A DNA stretch of 64,000 nucleotides from assembly GCF_006345805.1 (NCBI RefSeq), contig NC_042998.1:84382001-84446000 (forward strand), given 5' to 3'. This document shows positions 12,665 through 26,012 of this stretch, piece by piece. Below the pieces are notes generated by a model. The model did no database searches. It saw nothing but the letters and a program-made list of their open reading frames with translations, and was not told where the DNA came from. The stretch comes from Octopus sinensis. Lineage: Eukaryota. Numbering within the stretch: the stretch's first letter is position 1; the number at the start of each line of letters is the position of its first letter. The position numbers were made by a program, and so were the translations under genes.

Positions 12665-14115
12665 TTGATAAAAACGGTAAGATAACAAAAGAAAGAAAGA
12701 GACCTCGATATTATGTAAATAGAGGAATTTATCTGTAAATATAATATGTGACAATTATTCAGTAGCCAAGATAAAACTCTGAGTTTCGGATCCACGCCAC
12801 CATCTCTTCAGTTATCCGGCCATCGGAAAAACGCTATGAAAAATGACCGTTATACAAAGGGAAATTACTGTGTTATTGACCGCTAATAAGACAAAAGAGC
12901 TATTCGAATGACCGCTAATTAAGGTAAGGGGGTAAAAAGTTCATAGTATTCGTGTAAGCGCGCCTGTTCATACCTACACATGTGCGCCCGCACACTCACG
13001 TGGATACGCATACATTCATCCACCCTCACTAAAAAAACGTACACATCTTCTCTCGCATCCTTCGCCAAATGTATATACATATACATACAAACTCACACAC
13101 ATACACGTGCACCGTAAAAGTTCATACATACGTCTACATACGTACAAGCACAAGAAAAAACAGGGTAAAGGGTAACAATAGAGAAAAAAGGCATAAGGGA
13201 TTACACAAAGAGTAAACCACGTACTCGCATGTACGCACACATTTATATACACACATCCACCCGCGCGCACAAAGGCTTCCATATACACATCTATATAGAT
13301 ACAGGGGAAAATGCAGGGTGGAAGGTAGAGTACAGAAAAAAATTATGTGTAAAAAATATATATAAACCAAATTCTCTATAATATGTAAGAAATATACGTA
13401 TAAAAAATATATAAATAAAATAAAAGTAAAAAGTATAATGAGATAAAAAAAACTTGTGCGTGGACACAATATAGAAGGCAAGTTCTATCTGTAGTCTCGG
13501 GGGGGACCAAAAACGTAACAAAAATTTGGCCACATATGGGCATGATCCGAAAAGTTCTATCCTTGAATTCAGACATGTAGCGGGATCTAAGCTGCTTTTC
13601 CAGAAGAGCCATCTTTCCACTACCGTTGGTGTAGGGCTTACATTTGGCTAAAATCTTCCAATGGATGTTGTAACAGACACCTTTATCTTTTAATGACCAT
13701 ATATGACTGGATAATTTTGTCGTTTTCCTTTTGTCTCAGGAAAACGAGCCTAAAGCTCAAGGTGTGATTATTGAACCTGGCCTTGAAATTACCCTCTGTA
13801 AGGCCCACGTATTTCTTCGTCGAAACTGTGTCTTTAGTGGGTATAGAGCCCACGGTATCTTCGTAGATGATGGTCTAGGACATGCAAGCTTTTTTATCCC
13901 TGCATGAACAGCTATTTTTGTATTGTGGTTTTTGTGTTGTGTGCGATTATATTCAGTTGAGCTGAAACTGATTTTTAAGCTGAGTTTACTGAAGAGCTTC
14001 CTGTAAGTATGGTTGACTGGAAAATGTCTATCTATCAGTGCTAAGAAACACTTGCCTATATTGAAGGTCACCTCGGATGAGTAGGGAGGTGTGAACCAGA
14101 TGATTTTCCTATTCC
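12665..14115 (-). mobile_element. Penelope-like element, 3' part (RT/GIY-YIG linker, decayed endonuclease, 3' UTR)
   Basis: RKIIWFTPPYSSEVTFNIGKCFLALIDRHFPVNHTYRKLF and CLNSRIELFGSCPYVAKFLL are typical PLE motifs; ends in (TA)n. Confidence 0.8.
12764..12821 (-). ncRNA. Minimal type I hammerhead ribozyme motif in the PLE 3' UTR
   Basis: GGAUAA-CUGAAGA-GAUGGUGGCGUGGAUCC-GAAA-CUCAGAG-UU^UUAUCU: intact core, 6-bp helix I, 4-bp helix III with 1-nt loop, imperfect helix II. Confidence 0.65.
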
Positions 14116-14796
14116 TATGTATATACATGTATGTGTGTGTATATATATATATTCTAATACATTGCCTCGCGTTCTTGCTTTTTCCTTGTGCCTTTTTTTC
14201 GTTTTTTTAAACTCTATATATAGAGATAATATATATATATATATATATAACTTTATAATAATATATATTCTCCGATTTGAAGCGACAATTTACGAACTAA
14301 CCCTCAAATCACCGCTAACACGGCTCCTTGCTCATACGATTGGGCCAAACGCTCGCCCATCAATTTCAGCCAAATTTAATGAATATATACTTAAACTAAT
14401 ACTACATATAATATACCGTTGACACCGTCGAATTGAATGATACTGTCCAGATGTCGAAACTACAATGATACCGGTTAAGCAGTTGATCTTGAGAATGCAT
14501 GTTCGATATGGTCATTGTCTGAATATTCATATATCTTGGGGTTTCGTTATTCTGAGTTATCCTTCGAACTTGTTAAGGGCTCATACTGATTACATATATT
14601 ATCTTCATTGGTAATGTTATGGTAGCATGATAACTAATGCTTTCTAGTTTTGGGAGGTGACATTATACATACATACATATATATATATAGACACACACAC
14701 ACACACACACACATGCATGCATGCATGTGTGCGCAGTTTTGTGGTGTTAGTCTGCATACATCACGGAAGCCTAACGTTTCGGCAAATAGAGAATGG

Positions 14797-14849
14797 CAGC
14801 GTTTTTCAAACTTTGGTGCCGACCCTTCAAAAAAGTTTGAAAAACGCTG
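14797..14849. repeat. Hairpin with perfect 18-bp stem and 17-nt loop
   Basis: cagcgtttttcaaacttt ... aaagtttgaaaaacgctg. Confidence 0.85.
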
Positions 14850-15799
14850 AAGTATGGTAACTATTTGATAGACTAATTTTTTTTTAATACGTGGTACTCA
14901 TTCGATTGACTAAATTCCTCAGTGCCCCAGCACGAATGCAGTCCAATGATTGAAACAAGTAAGATGATAAAAGAACAGCAAATATCGAAAATATTAACTC
15001 GATGAGATATCAAGTTTCAGCTGTGAATTTTCAATATTCATTAAATTTCTTGAAATGTAGATATTCTAGCCTTTTGCTTCTAGTGTACATGTTCTCTTAC
15101 AATATTTCTGCAATTCGAAAATCTACATTTTCCGGTAATAGCTGAACTATAATTTAATAGATACCTCTTCAAAATATCTCTTACATGAATGACGCAAACT
15201 TAATGGGGATCTACGCACATTACATCTAAGTATAAGAGTGTCGTGTGTGTGTGTATGTGTGTCACAGAAAGGAAATGAAATGATACTCAAGAAGGAATGA
15301 AGGCGCGAAGATGGAGAAGATAAAACATATCACAGTCTTTGATGAACTCTTTCCTTAGATGGAATAAGAGAGAAAACGAATAAATTTAAAACTGCCAACT
15401 TTAAAACCATGACGTACTTAAGCTGTTGCGTAACTCGAGTAGAGGGGAGCAAGGTGGTGGGTGGCACCCCGAGTGACGTTTTTATGTGTATTTAAAGCAT
15501 ACTACATCTATGTGAAAATAATATTATAATGGTATACAACGTAGTTAATCTATATCTATCTGTCGTTATGTATGTAAAAATTGACCAAATAAGAGAAGCT
15601 AAGTGAGAGAATGGATGTTTATTCCATTACTTTCTATATGTAACATATAAATATGTACATTTTTTAGAACATTGTCATTTTATAAGATTTTGCTGGCAAA
15701 TTTTTAAATTAACAAACATTTATTTACATGAAAAATTATCGGAAAACTTTCATCTAATTCTTCCAAATCTTTCTGTTGAAACTGTATTGAAACCATTTG

Positions 15800-16345
15800 A
15801 AGGGAATTTTCTTTTTATCACAGCAATTGGTCACACACTAAAAGGTTTAACGGAACCCACTGAAGCAAACCAGCACGATCAGCGAGGCGAGCCGCCAACG
15901 TTGACAAGAACTTCATGGTTAGTAACCCAATTCCACCGAACGTCTCAAACGCCACAGGTTGGGGGTAATAATTCACTGTCAGGTCCCGATACTTCAGGGT
16001 TTTCTTCCGTTCGGCTACGGAAGCAGTGACCTTCCCATTAATTGCAGCATCCAGGATGTGGGAAGGAACAAAGGTGTCGCTGACAGTGGTGTCCCAAATG
16101 AGGTACCTACCTCGAACCCGGAGGCAGAGGGTAAGACAATCTGGTCTCTTTCCATCACTTCTGGATAACCCCTATGGCTCCAGAATTGAGGGGATATTAA
16201 TCCGAACCAGGGTTCGCTTAATGATTAGGTTTAGCTCGGTGTGACAAGCGAAGCGGCCAACATTTAAGTGGAAGACAGACCGTGAAGATCTGTGGGGTCA
16301 AGAGGCCTACCACAGTGGCATCACAGTCCCCACACTCTGAGTGCG
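15800..16345 (-). mobile_element. CRE-clade (restriction-like endonuclease) non-LTR retrotransposon 3' fragment
   Basis: Decayed minus-strand translation HTELNLIIKRTLVRINIPSILEP*GLSRSDGKRPD...LIWDTTVSDTFVPSH...KYRDL...PVAFETFG. Confidence 0.75.
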
Positions 16346-16453
16346 AAGGAGATGCGGAGTTCATCCATTACTTGACAGATGTTTCGTATTTGTGTGAGTT
16401 ACATAAGCGCTACATCATCCAACACACAAATACATATATATATATATATTACA

Positions 16454-16850
16454 CAGGGGTTGGACAAAATAATGGAAACACCTAGCATCATAATTTTGAA
16501 ATATCTATAAAACAGTCAAAAGCTTGTTTATTTTTGTTTTTTTTATTCATTATTAATGTTGCTTAATATGTTTTGCTAAAATTGCTGTTTCTTTTCAGAC
16601 ATCATCAGAAAAAGGTAATTGAAATGCATTAAAATGACAGATCTATCGGACTTTCAAACAGGTCAAATTGTTGGTGCTCGTATGGTAGGCGCTAGCGTAA
16701 CGAAAACAGTCGAAATGTTTGGTGTATCAAGAAGTACTGTCTCGAAAGTAATGACAGCCTTTGAAAAAGAGGGAAACACCTCCTCGTCGAAACAAAACTC
16801 CGGAAGAAAATCAATACTTTCAGATAGGGACCGTCGGACTCTTACGTGAA
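16454..16850 (+). mobile_element. Tc1 transposon 5' fragment (left TIR plus transposase HTH)
   Basis: TIR-like caggggttggacaaaataatggaaacac; ORF 16619-16849 DLSDFQTGQIVGARMVGASVTKTVEMFGVSRSTVSKV...SGRKSILSDRDRR. Confidence 0.8.
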
Positions 16851-17331
16851 TTGTCCCCCTCCACCGCTTAACAACCAGTTTTGGTGTGCTTACATCCCCG
16901 TAACTTTGCAGTTCGACGAAACAGACCGATAGAATAAGCATTAGGCTTTAAAATAATGTGCTGGGGTCTATTTATTTGGCTAAAATCTTCAAGGTGGTGC
17001 TCCAGCTTGGCCGCAGTCTAATGACTAAAACAAGTAAAAGATGCTCTTCATCATTGGGATTCTTAGATTTTCAGAACACGACGGTGAGGTTAAATCCTAG
17101 CCTTAATCACGATAGATCTTACTGTAAGCTCTGATTATTTGAATTCCTAGTGTGTGTGTGTGTGTGTGTTTTTATATATATATATGCGCAGACGTGGCTC
17201 ATAAAAGGTGGGCCTTACGGTATATCTTCTGACCCCCAAACACTGCTGGCCTAAGACCTCTTTCCATCATAATATTAACTGCTCTACATCTTAGAGTGTG
17301 CTTCTCCTCCGGATTTATGTATTTCTACGAA

Positions 17332-17368
<37 letters not shown>

Positions 17369-17394
17369 AAAAGGAGATGTGGAACACGAGTTGT

Positions 17395-18857
17395 GATATA
17401 TAAAAAAAGGAAATGAAGAAAATGCTGACAAAATAATTTAAGTAGGGGAGAGTGTATTTAATTAGGTGAAAGTTCTTTTTACCGGTTGCGCATTTGTTAT
17501 GCTTATCAAAAGATATTTTTTTAAGAGAGATAGAGTTCCTTTCTGATAGATTTTTTTCTCTTATCTGACTTTATGTTGGGTTTGCTGTCTCTTATATGTG
17601 AAAAAAGAGGCTCCAGAGTTGTTTAAGATTTGCTTGGTTTCGCGTCTAAAATTTCTTGTGGACAATTGTCAATACAATTTTGATTGGTCATTATAAAGGG
17701 GTCACGTGAATGTTTGAATGGAAGTTGGTGTTGGGGTAAGAAAATAGGCTCCAGAGATGTTAAAATTTGGCTAGTGTCGCGCCTAAAATTTCTTATTGGT
17801 CATAATAAAGAGGTCACGTGGATGTGGTCATAATAGAGAGGTCACATGAATGTTGATGTGGGTGGTGTATGGAGTTTTCGAAAATAGCGTTGTTGAAAAT
17901 TCTTATTGTTCAGGCTGGTCAGTAGACGTCATGTGGATATTTTAAATAACTTTTTAGTGCGTAGTTAAGGAGTGTATTTTCCGCTTGACTGAATTTGAGC
18001 TGGATAAGTAAGTTCGTTAGTAAGTTCGGAAGAGCTATATGACTGTAAATATTGACTTCACACAAACACGTTGCTTCCCGATACAGGCACAAGGCCAGCA
18101 GAACTATAAATATTGAAAATTGTACCCACACACGCACACATATATACACGCGCGCGCGCCCCAACATACATATAAACAGACACACACACATACGCGCGCG
18201 CGCGCACACATACATACATATAGCTCTTCCTGTCCTAAACGAACTTACTTATCCAGCTCAAATTCAGTCAAGCGGAAAATACACTCCTTAACTACGCACT
18301 AAAAAGCTATTTAAAATATCCACATGACGTCTACTGACCAGCCTGAACAATAAGAATTTTCAACAACGCTATTTTCGAAAACTCCATACACCACCCACAT
18401 CAACATTCATTCTAAACATTCACGTGATCTCTCTATTATGACCACATCCACGTGACCTCTTTATTATGACCAATAAGAAATTTTAGGCGCGACACTAGCC
18501 AAATTTTAACATCTCTGGAGCCTATTTTCTTACCCCAACACCAACTTCCATTCAAACATTCACGTGACCCTTTTATAATGACCAATCAAAATTGTATTGA
18601 CCATTGTCCACATAAATTTTAGGCGCGAACCAAGCAAATCTTAACAACTCTGGAGCCTCTTTTTTCACATATAAGAGACAGCAACCCAACATAAAGTCAG
18701 ATAAGAGAAAAAAAATCTATCAGAAAGGAACTCTATCTCTCTTAAAAAAATATCTTCTGATAAGCATAACAAATGCGCAACCGGTAAAAAGAACTTTCAC
18801 CTAATTAAATACACTCTCCCCTACTTAAATTATTTTGTCAGCATTTTCTTCATTTCC

Positions 18858-18870
<13 letters not shown>
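17395..18870. mobile_element. Foldback-like element with ~645-bp inverted arms and ~175-bp spacer
   Basis: 17395-18041 is a near-perfect reverse complement of 18216-18870; no ORF; (TA)n arrays on or near both flanks. Confidence 0.85.
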
Positions 18871-18907
<37 letters not shown>

Positions 18908-19358
18908 TATAACATTTTAAAAAAGAAGCTCTGTACAATATGTATTTTTGTGGAAGCTCATCTGTGAGCGGCAAATTCAAGGGTTGCCCCAGGCAGTGCT
19001 CACATTAGCTACGTCACTGTACTTTTCAGCCTTACACAACGGCCGTTTAAAAAACAAAAATAATTTACGTTTTAGAAATATATGAACGTCACAATTCATT
19101 TGCAGTAAATAATATCGTTGTGGTTTATACGGCCTGTCCTGTGATATAATAACTATTTAATTAGAAATTAGTGAAACGTTAAATTAACATTTTAACTAAT
19201 TGGCAAAATCATTAAAGTTTTATTTCGAAAACATTTAAAATATTCAGAATCAGTTAAGTCTTTCATTGAACAATGCGAAAATATGTAGGAGTGGAAAAGG
19301 CGTTTTTTATAAATATATTATTATTGTTATTGTTGTTGTTATTATTATTATTATTATT

Positions 19359-21232
19359 CAGTAGTTTTATTTTTATAGCGTGCTTTCACTTCACTACCGA
19401 GCGCAGCTCTATGTGCCTTGGTACGTGCTGTGATGCTGTTAAGGTTACTATATTGAAAGTGTTTTGCGTAGGATGTGTACAGTGCCCAGTAGTGCAATTT
19501 TCTGTATGTTATATATATTTGTAAGTCCTGGTGTTTTTGTTATGTATTTGTCTAAATATTTTTTATCATACCTAATGCGCCTACTGTGATAGGAAGTGTT
19601 TCTGTTTTTAGATGCCACATTCGAGTTATCTCTATTTCCAGGTCTTTGTATTTTGAAAGTTTCTCCATTTCTTTTAGAGAAACGTTGTCATCTGCTGGTA
19701 TTGATACATCAATTAGAAAATTTCTTTTCATGATCTCTGACAACTATATCTGGCCTATTGGCCTTAATTTCTCTATACGTGTGTATTGGCATATCCCAAA
19801 ATATGGTTGCTTTTTCGTTTTCTGTGACCTTTTCTGGTGTGTGCCTATACCATCTTTTTTCTGTTGTTATTCCATAGTGTTGGCATAGCTTCCAGTGTAT
19901 GTAGGTCCCAACTCTGTCGTGTCTGTGACTATATTCCTTCTTAGCCAGGATTGGGCAACCAGAGATAATACGATTTATAGTTTCTTGTCCATCTCCACAT
20001 ATTCTGCAGTTACTTGTTATGTTTCTTTTCATTATATGTTTTTGGTAATTTCTGGTGGGGAGGCTTTAGTCTTGTGCTGCAGTTAAAAACCCCTCAGTCT
20101 CTGCTTTGAGTCCTGAGCTTCTCAACCATTGCTGGGATTTTTCTATTTCTTTTGCATTTAGTTTAGTCCAGTATTTGCCATGAAGGGGCTTTTCTTGCCA
20201 TCGTTTTATCATGGTCCGTTGATGTTCTAGTTTTAGTTTGAATTTCATTTGTTTTATAGCTTTTGCTGTTTCTTCTTCTTCATATTTGTTAGGTAGTATG
20301 ATTTCTTGTTTGTATTTGTCACCTTCCTTAAATACTGAGAACGGTTTTTTGTTTTGCTCGTGTTTTGTGTCTATTTGTACTAGTTTTTCTTGCTTCTGAA
20401 GTGGGTATTTTTGCAGTCCTATGGTGGTTATTTTATAATGGTTTTCCAGCTGTACAAAGCCTCTACCACCTCCTATACGTTGTATATATAGCCTTTCTAT
20501 GTCAGATTTTGGGTGGTGCATCATAGATCCTGTCATTATTTTTCTTGTTTTCCTGTCTATTTTGGTTAGTTCATTTAGTGTTCAGTTAGGATATTGTAGC
20601 TGTAACTTATAACTGAGATGGCTAAAGTGTTAATACCTATTATCTTGTTTTTAGCATTGAGCTCTGTTTTTAGTGTTGATATAACTCGTCTATAGTTTTC
20701 TTCCTTTCTTTTCTCTTTCATTTGTGTGTGTTGTATCATATCTAGTTCATAGATTCCTAAATATTTGTATGTCTGGCTTTGGTCTAATTCTCTTATTTCA
20801 TTGGCTATATCTAGTGTGATGTTGCTACTCTTAACTAGTTTTCCTCTTTTCAGGGTTGCTTTGGCACATTTTTCTAATCCAAATTTCATTTCTATTTCTT
20901 TGGTAAATCAATGTACTGTCTATAGTAGTTTTCAGCTGTTTATCATTTGTAGCGTATAGTTTTAGGTCATCCATATATAAAAGGTGGCTGATTGCTTTGC
21001 CGTAACATTTGTATCTGCATCCTGTTCTATTTAGCATGTCAGTGCTAAGCAGAAAAGGAGTGGAGAGAGCGTGTCTCCCTGGAATATTCCTCTTCTAAAG
21101 GGGATTGCTTTGGTTTTCACGAGTCCCTCTTTTGTTTGGAGCTGCAGCACTGTCTGCCATTTATTCATGGAGCAAGTCACCCAATATCTTACCCACTGAG
21201 ATTTACTTAAGTGTTCCAATATCCTCTTATTT
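19359..21232 (-). mobile_element. R4/Dong-clade non-LTR retrotransposon, 5'-truncated and frameshifted
   Basis: RT motifs GIFQGDTLSPLLFC, HLLYMDDLKLY, YKYLG; CCHC-type CRICGDGQETINRIISGC; endonuclease NRPDIVV...LIDVSIP...KYKDL; 3' end abuts (TAA)n. Confidence 0.9.
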
Positions 21233-22304
21233 AATAGAAATTATCTTTATTTCTTATAATTTGTAATAACCTTTATTCATTATTATAGTAATTCGTGGGA
21301 AATACTGTATAGTGAATTTATCTTAAAATATAGAATAATCGGCCAACAGCACAGATTTCAGATATAAATTTTTAAATAATTATCTTTTCACTGACATAGA
21401 ACATTTTCTAAACGTAAATTGAATTGCTTACTTAATCTTAATCCCTTTTAAAATGATTGAATAATAACGTCTCAGGTTTCTTAATCGCCATCCTCATTAT
21501 CTTCTCGACGTCGTATCTAATTCGTCAAGCACAACTGTTATTTGTAATGGAATAACAAACATACCCATATGCAAACATTTAGCTGCTCTGTTTCTTAGAT
21601 TGCGCAATGTAATACACATACAAATATTAAAGACAAACATGTGTGCGTGCGTGTGTGTATGTGTATAAAATGTGTTAAGGATTCAACAAGTAGCATAGTA
21701 CTAGCGCATATATATAAATACATACACACTCACATGTGTATGTATGCATATATACGTGTGGGTGTATGTGTATCAACTATCATATTCTCTACACTCTCCG
21801 CTCCGCTTTTATATCATTTACCATTCTTGAAATATCACTTCAATATTTTTTTTTCTCACGTTAGACATGTTTACATCATGCATAGCAATACAAGGTTAGT
21901 AGGTTAAGTTCCATTAGTTTACAAATGCGTTTGATTGATCCGAGCAGATTGCTTCACAGCAGTATCAACAATGCTTGCCATAACTGTCCATTGTTACAGT
22001 AGGGTCGACAATAATCGTTACATTTATACTTGTTTGATCAGTTATCAAAAGAACTGCTTTTGTTGTCTGCGCAGAAATTAAACCGATTTCTGAGTGGATG
22101 GACTGAACACAACTTAAACGAACAGAAACTGTAAACATAAATACTGTCACACAATAAGCTTGCAAGATGGAAGGGATAGTTATTTATATCTTTTCATCCT
22201 TATGGTATTAAATAGATGCTAACATTTTCGAGTTATTCTCAGAGCGTGTTTCATATTCATCTGTAATATTTATTCTGTAATATTGAAATGATGGGTTCTG
22301 AATA

Positions 22305-22490
22305 AGGCACAAGGCTAGCAATTTTGAGGAAGGGGTTAGTCAATACCATCGACCTTTGTAATTGACTGGTACTTTATTTTATTGATCCAAAAAGGGTGAA
22401 CGGCAAAGTTGCCCCAGCGGGAACTGGAATCAGAACATAAAGAGAGGCAACAAATACGATGCTCTAATGGTTCTGGAAGTTTGCATGAAG
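22305..22490 (-). mobile_element. tRNA-derived SINE (family C), decayed
   Basis: ggcacaaggctagcaatttt...actggtactttatttt..cc.aaagg.tgaa.ggcaaagt. Confidence 0.6.
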
Positions 22491-23260
22491 TGCATGAACA
22501 GCAATGTAATTATATGAACAAAAGTCTCTCCGGACAAAAATTACACATAGCAAAAAGTAAAATTAAACAATTTGTTTAAAATTTTCAACGTCCCTGTCTC
22601 GTAGAAGAGCGCCATGTAGGTTGGGATCTTGTGCTTGTAGTGAGCTCTACACACAGGTATCTTTAGGGATGAGACCATCTTAATGCAGCAGACGTGGCCA
22701 AGCTATTCATGCCGTCACAGTATGAATAAATGATACATACTGAGATGTATGTAATTGTTTAGAACACGACCATTCCAGATGTGCAGTATCCAACGTGAAT
22801 ATAGCAGATTGAAACTGACCAAGTAGACATGCATATTGTCTTTCCTTGCTGCCTTAGAGAGAGTAATTCAGTATGCTGTACATTGATTTTGGTGGCTCTG
22901 GTGAATATATTTTGAATTATTTTGAGATTTACAGTTATCATTAAAAAAGAAAAGAAATACCCTTAATTCATATTGGAAATTATATACAACACTAATAATA
23001 GTGGAGAAAAACTACGTTACTTTAGTTATATGTGTAGGTGTCAAAGTTGTACCTAAAGCTCAAAGTTTGAAGCCAAATTTTTCTTCAACCTTGCACTGGC
23101 TCAGCTCAAAGTGCGCCGGGTCCTGGTCAGAGAAATTGTCTTCGCTAATGTTGTCGCATTGTCGTTTTACACTCTGACATCCAAACTGTGTGTTTCCTTT
23201 CACAAGCATAGACTCTCTAAACGCATTAAAGTTGAACTTTTATGTATTTCATAACGGTTT

Positions 23261-23312
23261 GACTCAACTACACATTAAGTTTCGTGGACGTAGAACACGT
23301 CGACATCATCAG
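23261..23312 (-). ncRNA. Hammerhead-like core with helices II and III but no helix I
   Basis: CUGAUGA-U-GUCGACGU-guucu-ACGUCCAC-GAAA-CUUAA-ugugUag-UUGAG-UC; the flanks do not pair. Confidence 0.35.
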
Positions 23313-23758
23313 ATGTTCGAAGTCAGTGTAAAGAGAATTTAAAAGAAATTCAAAATAACTTGTTAGGTGAGTTTTTACAGTACATGCTGTCACTTGGCAG
23401 CCATGCCTTTCACGCAAACTCTTATATCATGTGACATCATCAAATCGGTGGAGCAAACATGATACAATTATTCGATTAACTGAATAAACTGTTCGTAGAA
23501 TTAACGTTTAAATAGCTGAGCATTCCTCAGACATATTTACCCTTAACTGAATTCTCTGGCTGAATCGGCGAGACACAATGTGTGACTAAATTGTACCTTT
23601 GAATTACAAGTACAAACCATCTGATGGGCCTCAACAGTGTCTCATCAACCCAAATTCACTCACAACGTATGGGTCTACCCGTAGCTATTAAAATATGACG
23701 CTTGATCATGCATTTGCATATAGACACGTATACATATATACGTGTCTCTATGATGTGA

Positions 23759-23793
<35 letters not shown>

Positions 23794-24283
23794 CACATAC
23801 ATATACACGAAGCACACAAATCTTGCAATACTATAATCAAAAAAGCAAATTAGTTGGAATTATGCAACTTTTACTGAAAGAAAAAAAAACTGGAAAAAAA
23901 TTGGAAGCGTATTGTGATCAGCGATGTATAATATCTGATGGTCTGGTCGATACTGTAATAATACTTCAAAACCAACAATATTCTAGATTACGTTTAACCA
24001 CTTTGTTTAAAGGTACCAAAAGTTGGATATAAGTTATGCTTGGTTTTTGCACATCTTTGGGGATGGATGCGATTTTCCTTTGTATATGTGCCCTGTTACA
24101 TGCGTGGCTTATACGTTTATATTTAAAAAATTAACAGCGGTCAAGATATATTTTACAAAAATAAAATATAACAAAATAGAAAAGGAAAACAACAATCCAT
24201 TTTACAAGGTTGGACAAATTCATGCAAGAAAAAAAAAACAAGGTAATAGAAACAGAAAAATAAAGGAAAATATCCTAACTTAC

Positions 24284-24775
24284 ATCGCTTCTTTTCAAGA
24301 AACAAACGTTGAAAGGTCGTCAGTTTATCACAATGTGAAATGGAACTGGTAAACAAGAGCCAACCAATTTAAGAAAGTGCTTCTTCTCTTTTCTCTTGTG
24401 TTCCCATTTACGGCTCTGTTTTATAATTGTTAAATACTTTTTCTTTTATTTTTATATAATTTTTATTTCATTTAAATCTCAAGTTTCAACTGCGACTGTT
24501 ATTTAACCAGTGGAAAACACTTCTAAGTTTTAAACATTCCCCAAATCGTTATGCGTATATTTTTTATCCATTTGTTTGGCATTAGAGAAGTATGCAAACT
24601 AAACACTTTTTTCTGTTTTTCGTTCTTATTCAACTTATGTTTATTATTTTTGTTCTTTTTATTGTTTTATTGTCGTTGTAACTAGAGTGCTGGTGACTGG
24701 AGAAAATTTCAAAGCAAGATGAATGTTTTCATTTTAGAAATACTGAACTTTTACAAAAGTTCTAAGACAAATTAG
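24284..24775. promoter_or_regulatory. Candidate bidirectional promoter
   Basis: Outward-facing GTAAGT donors at 24284 (-) and 24775 (+) in unique CpG-retaining DNA; a strong + acceptor follows at 25203. Confidence 0.25.
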
Positions 24776-25678
24776 TAAGTTTTGTAGATCAACTGCAAAG
24801 TAGTACAGTGATAGCGCTGTCGTTTTTGGAAACTGTTACTGAAATAATGTCTTGTACTTGTTTTGCAAACTGAAGACTTTAAATACAATACACCAATGTA
24901 CGCCAACGAAATATTGGTTAATAATGCAGCACCTTTGCGTCAACAATGGACCATTGTATTGCTAAAGTGTCTAGTGACCTTCACAATATAATTTTTAGGT
25001 ATGAGAAAGGGTAGACGGGATATTTTTGGTGTCGCTGTAATTGTTGTAAAATATCAAACTTGGCAATCCAGATATAGCTCCGAGTGTCAAGCCATCTTTC
25101 TTTGTTGTGTAGATCTAGACTATGGTAGGGATAGATAAGCAAATTAATTTAACTACTGTGAACTATGAAATTCACTTTCCTTTTTTCTTTTGTTGTCTAC
25201 AGTCGTGAACTATGGCATGATGGTACCAAACTATTCTATCCGATATTACAAATGAAAAGAAAGAACGACTGAGGGGGCGATAGTTCCGAGCGTCCATTTC
25301 AGGTGGGGCATTCAATCAATAAATGAAATTAAAATTGTTTTTTTTATTACCTCTGTTAACTTCGTTGTACAATCTACCCCATAGTCTCACAAATTGGTGT
25401 GGATGCGAATTCATGTTTTAATAGTTAAGGTCAAAGTAAATAACCTATTACATGTAAATACTGTGCGTGATGCAGATTAAAATAATATACTCTCACTCCG
25501 TCGGTAACGATTGAGCTAACAAATTTAATTAGTCCAGAGAAATCGTTAAGTCGCGTTTGCGTAATGCAGAACGAATGTAGCCATTCCGTTGTATGGTATA
25601 ACTATTGACTTTGTGATGCTCCTTCGAGCTGGGGGTGGGTGGGTACAGTTCACAGCTGAATCTGAAGATGCTCTTTAG

Positions 25679-26012
25679 CAGATGTTCTCAACCTGGATCC
25701 ATAGGCCCCTGACGGTCCATATAGGATTTTGGGGGTCCACATAACAAAATAGTAAATTGGGAATCCACAATAATATTTTAAGGGCCCTTGAAAAATTTTT
25801 TCAATTTATACTTGTGTATTGCAAGAAACAGAAAGTTTCTCTAACATTTTACATAGTTCAACTAACACAAATTAAATTGTGAAAAGCAAAATAGGAATTT
25901 TGAACGAAGTATCAATAAAATTAGTTTTTAAACATCGAATGGCTATGGGGTCCACCAGAATAAAATGGTAATCAAAGGGGTCCATAGAAAAAAAATTGGT
26001 CGAGGACCTCTG
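25679..26012. mobile_element. hAT/Charlie-like MITE, old
   Basis: Imperfect TIRs cagatgttctcaacc / ggtcgaggacctctg and repeated ggggtcca motifs; TSD not preserved. Confidence 0.5.
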
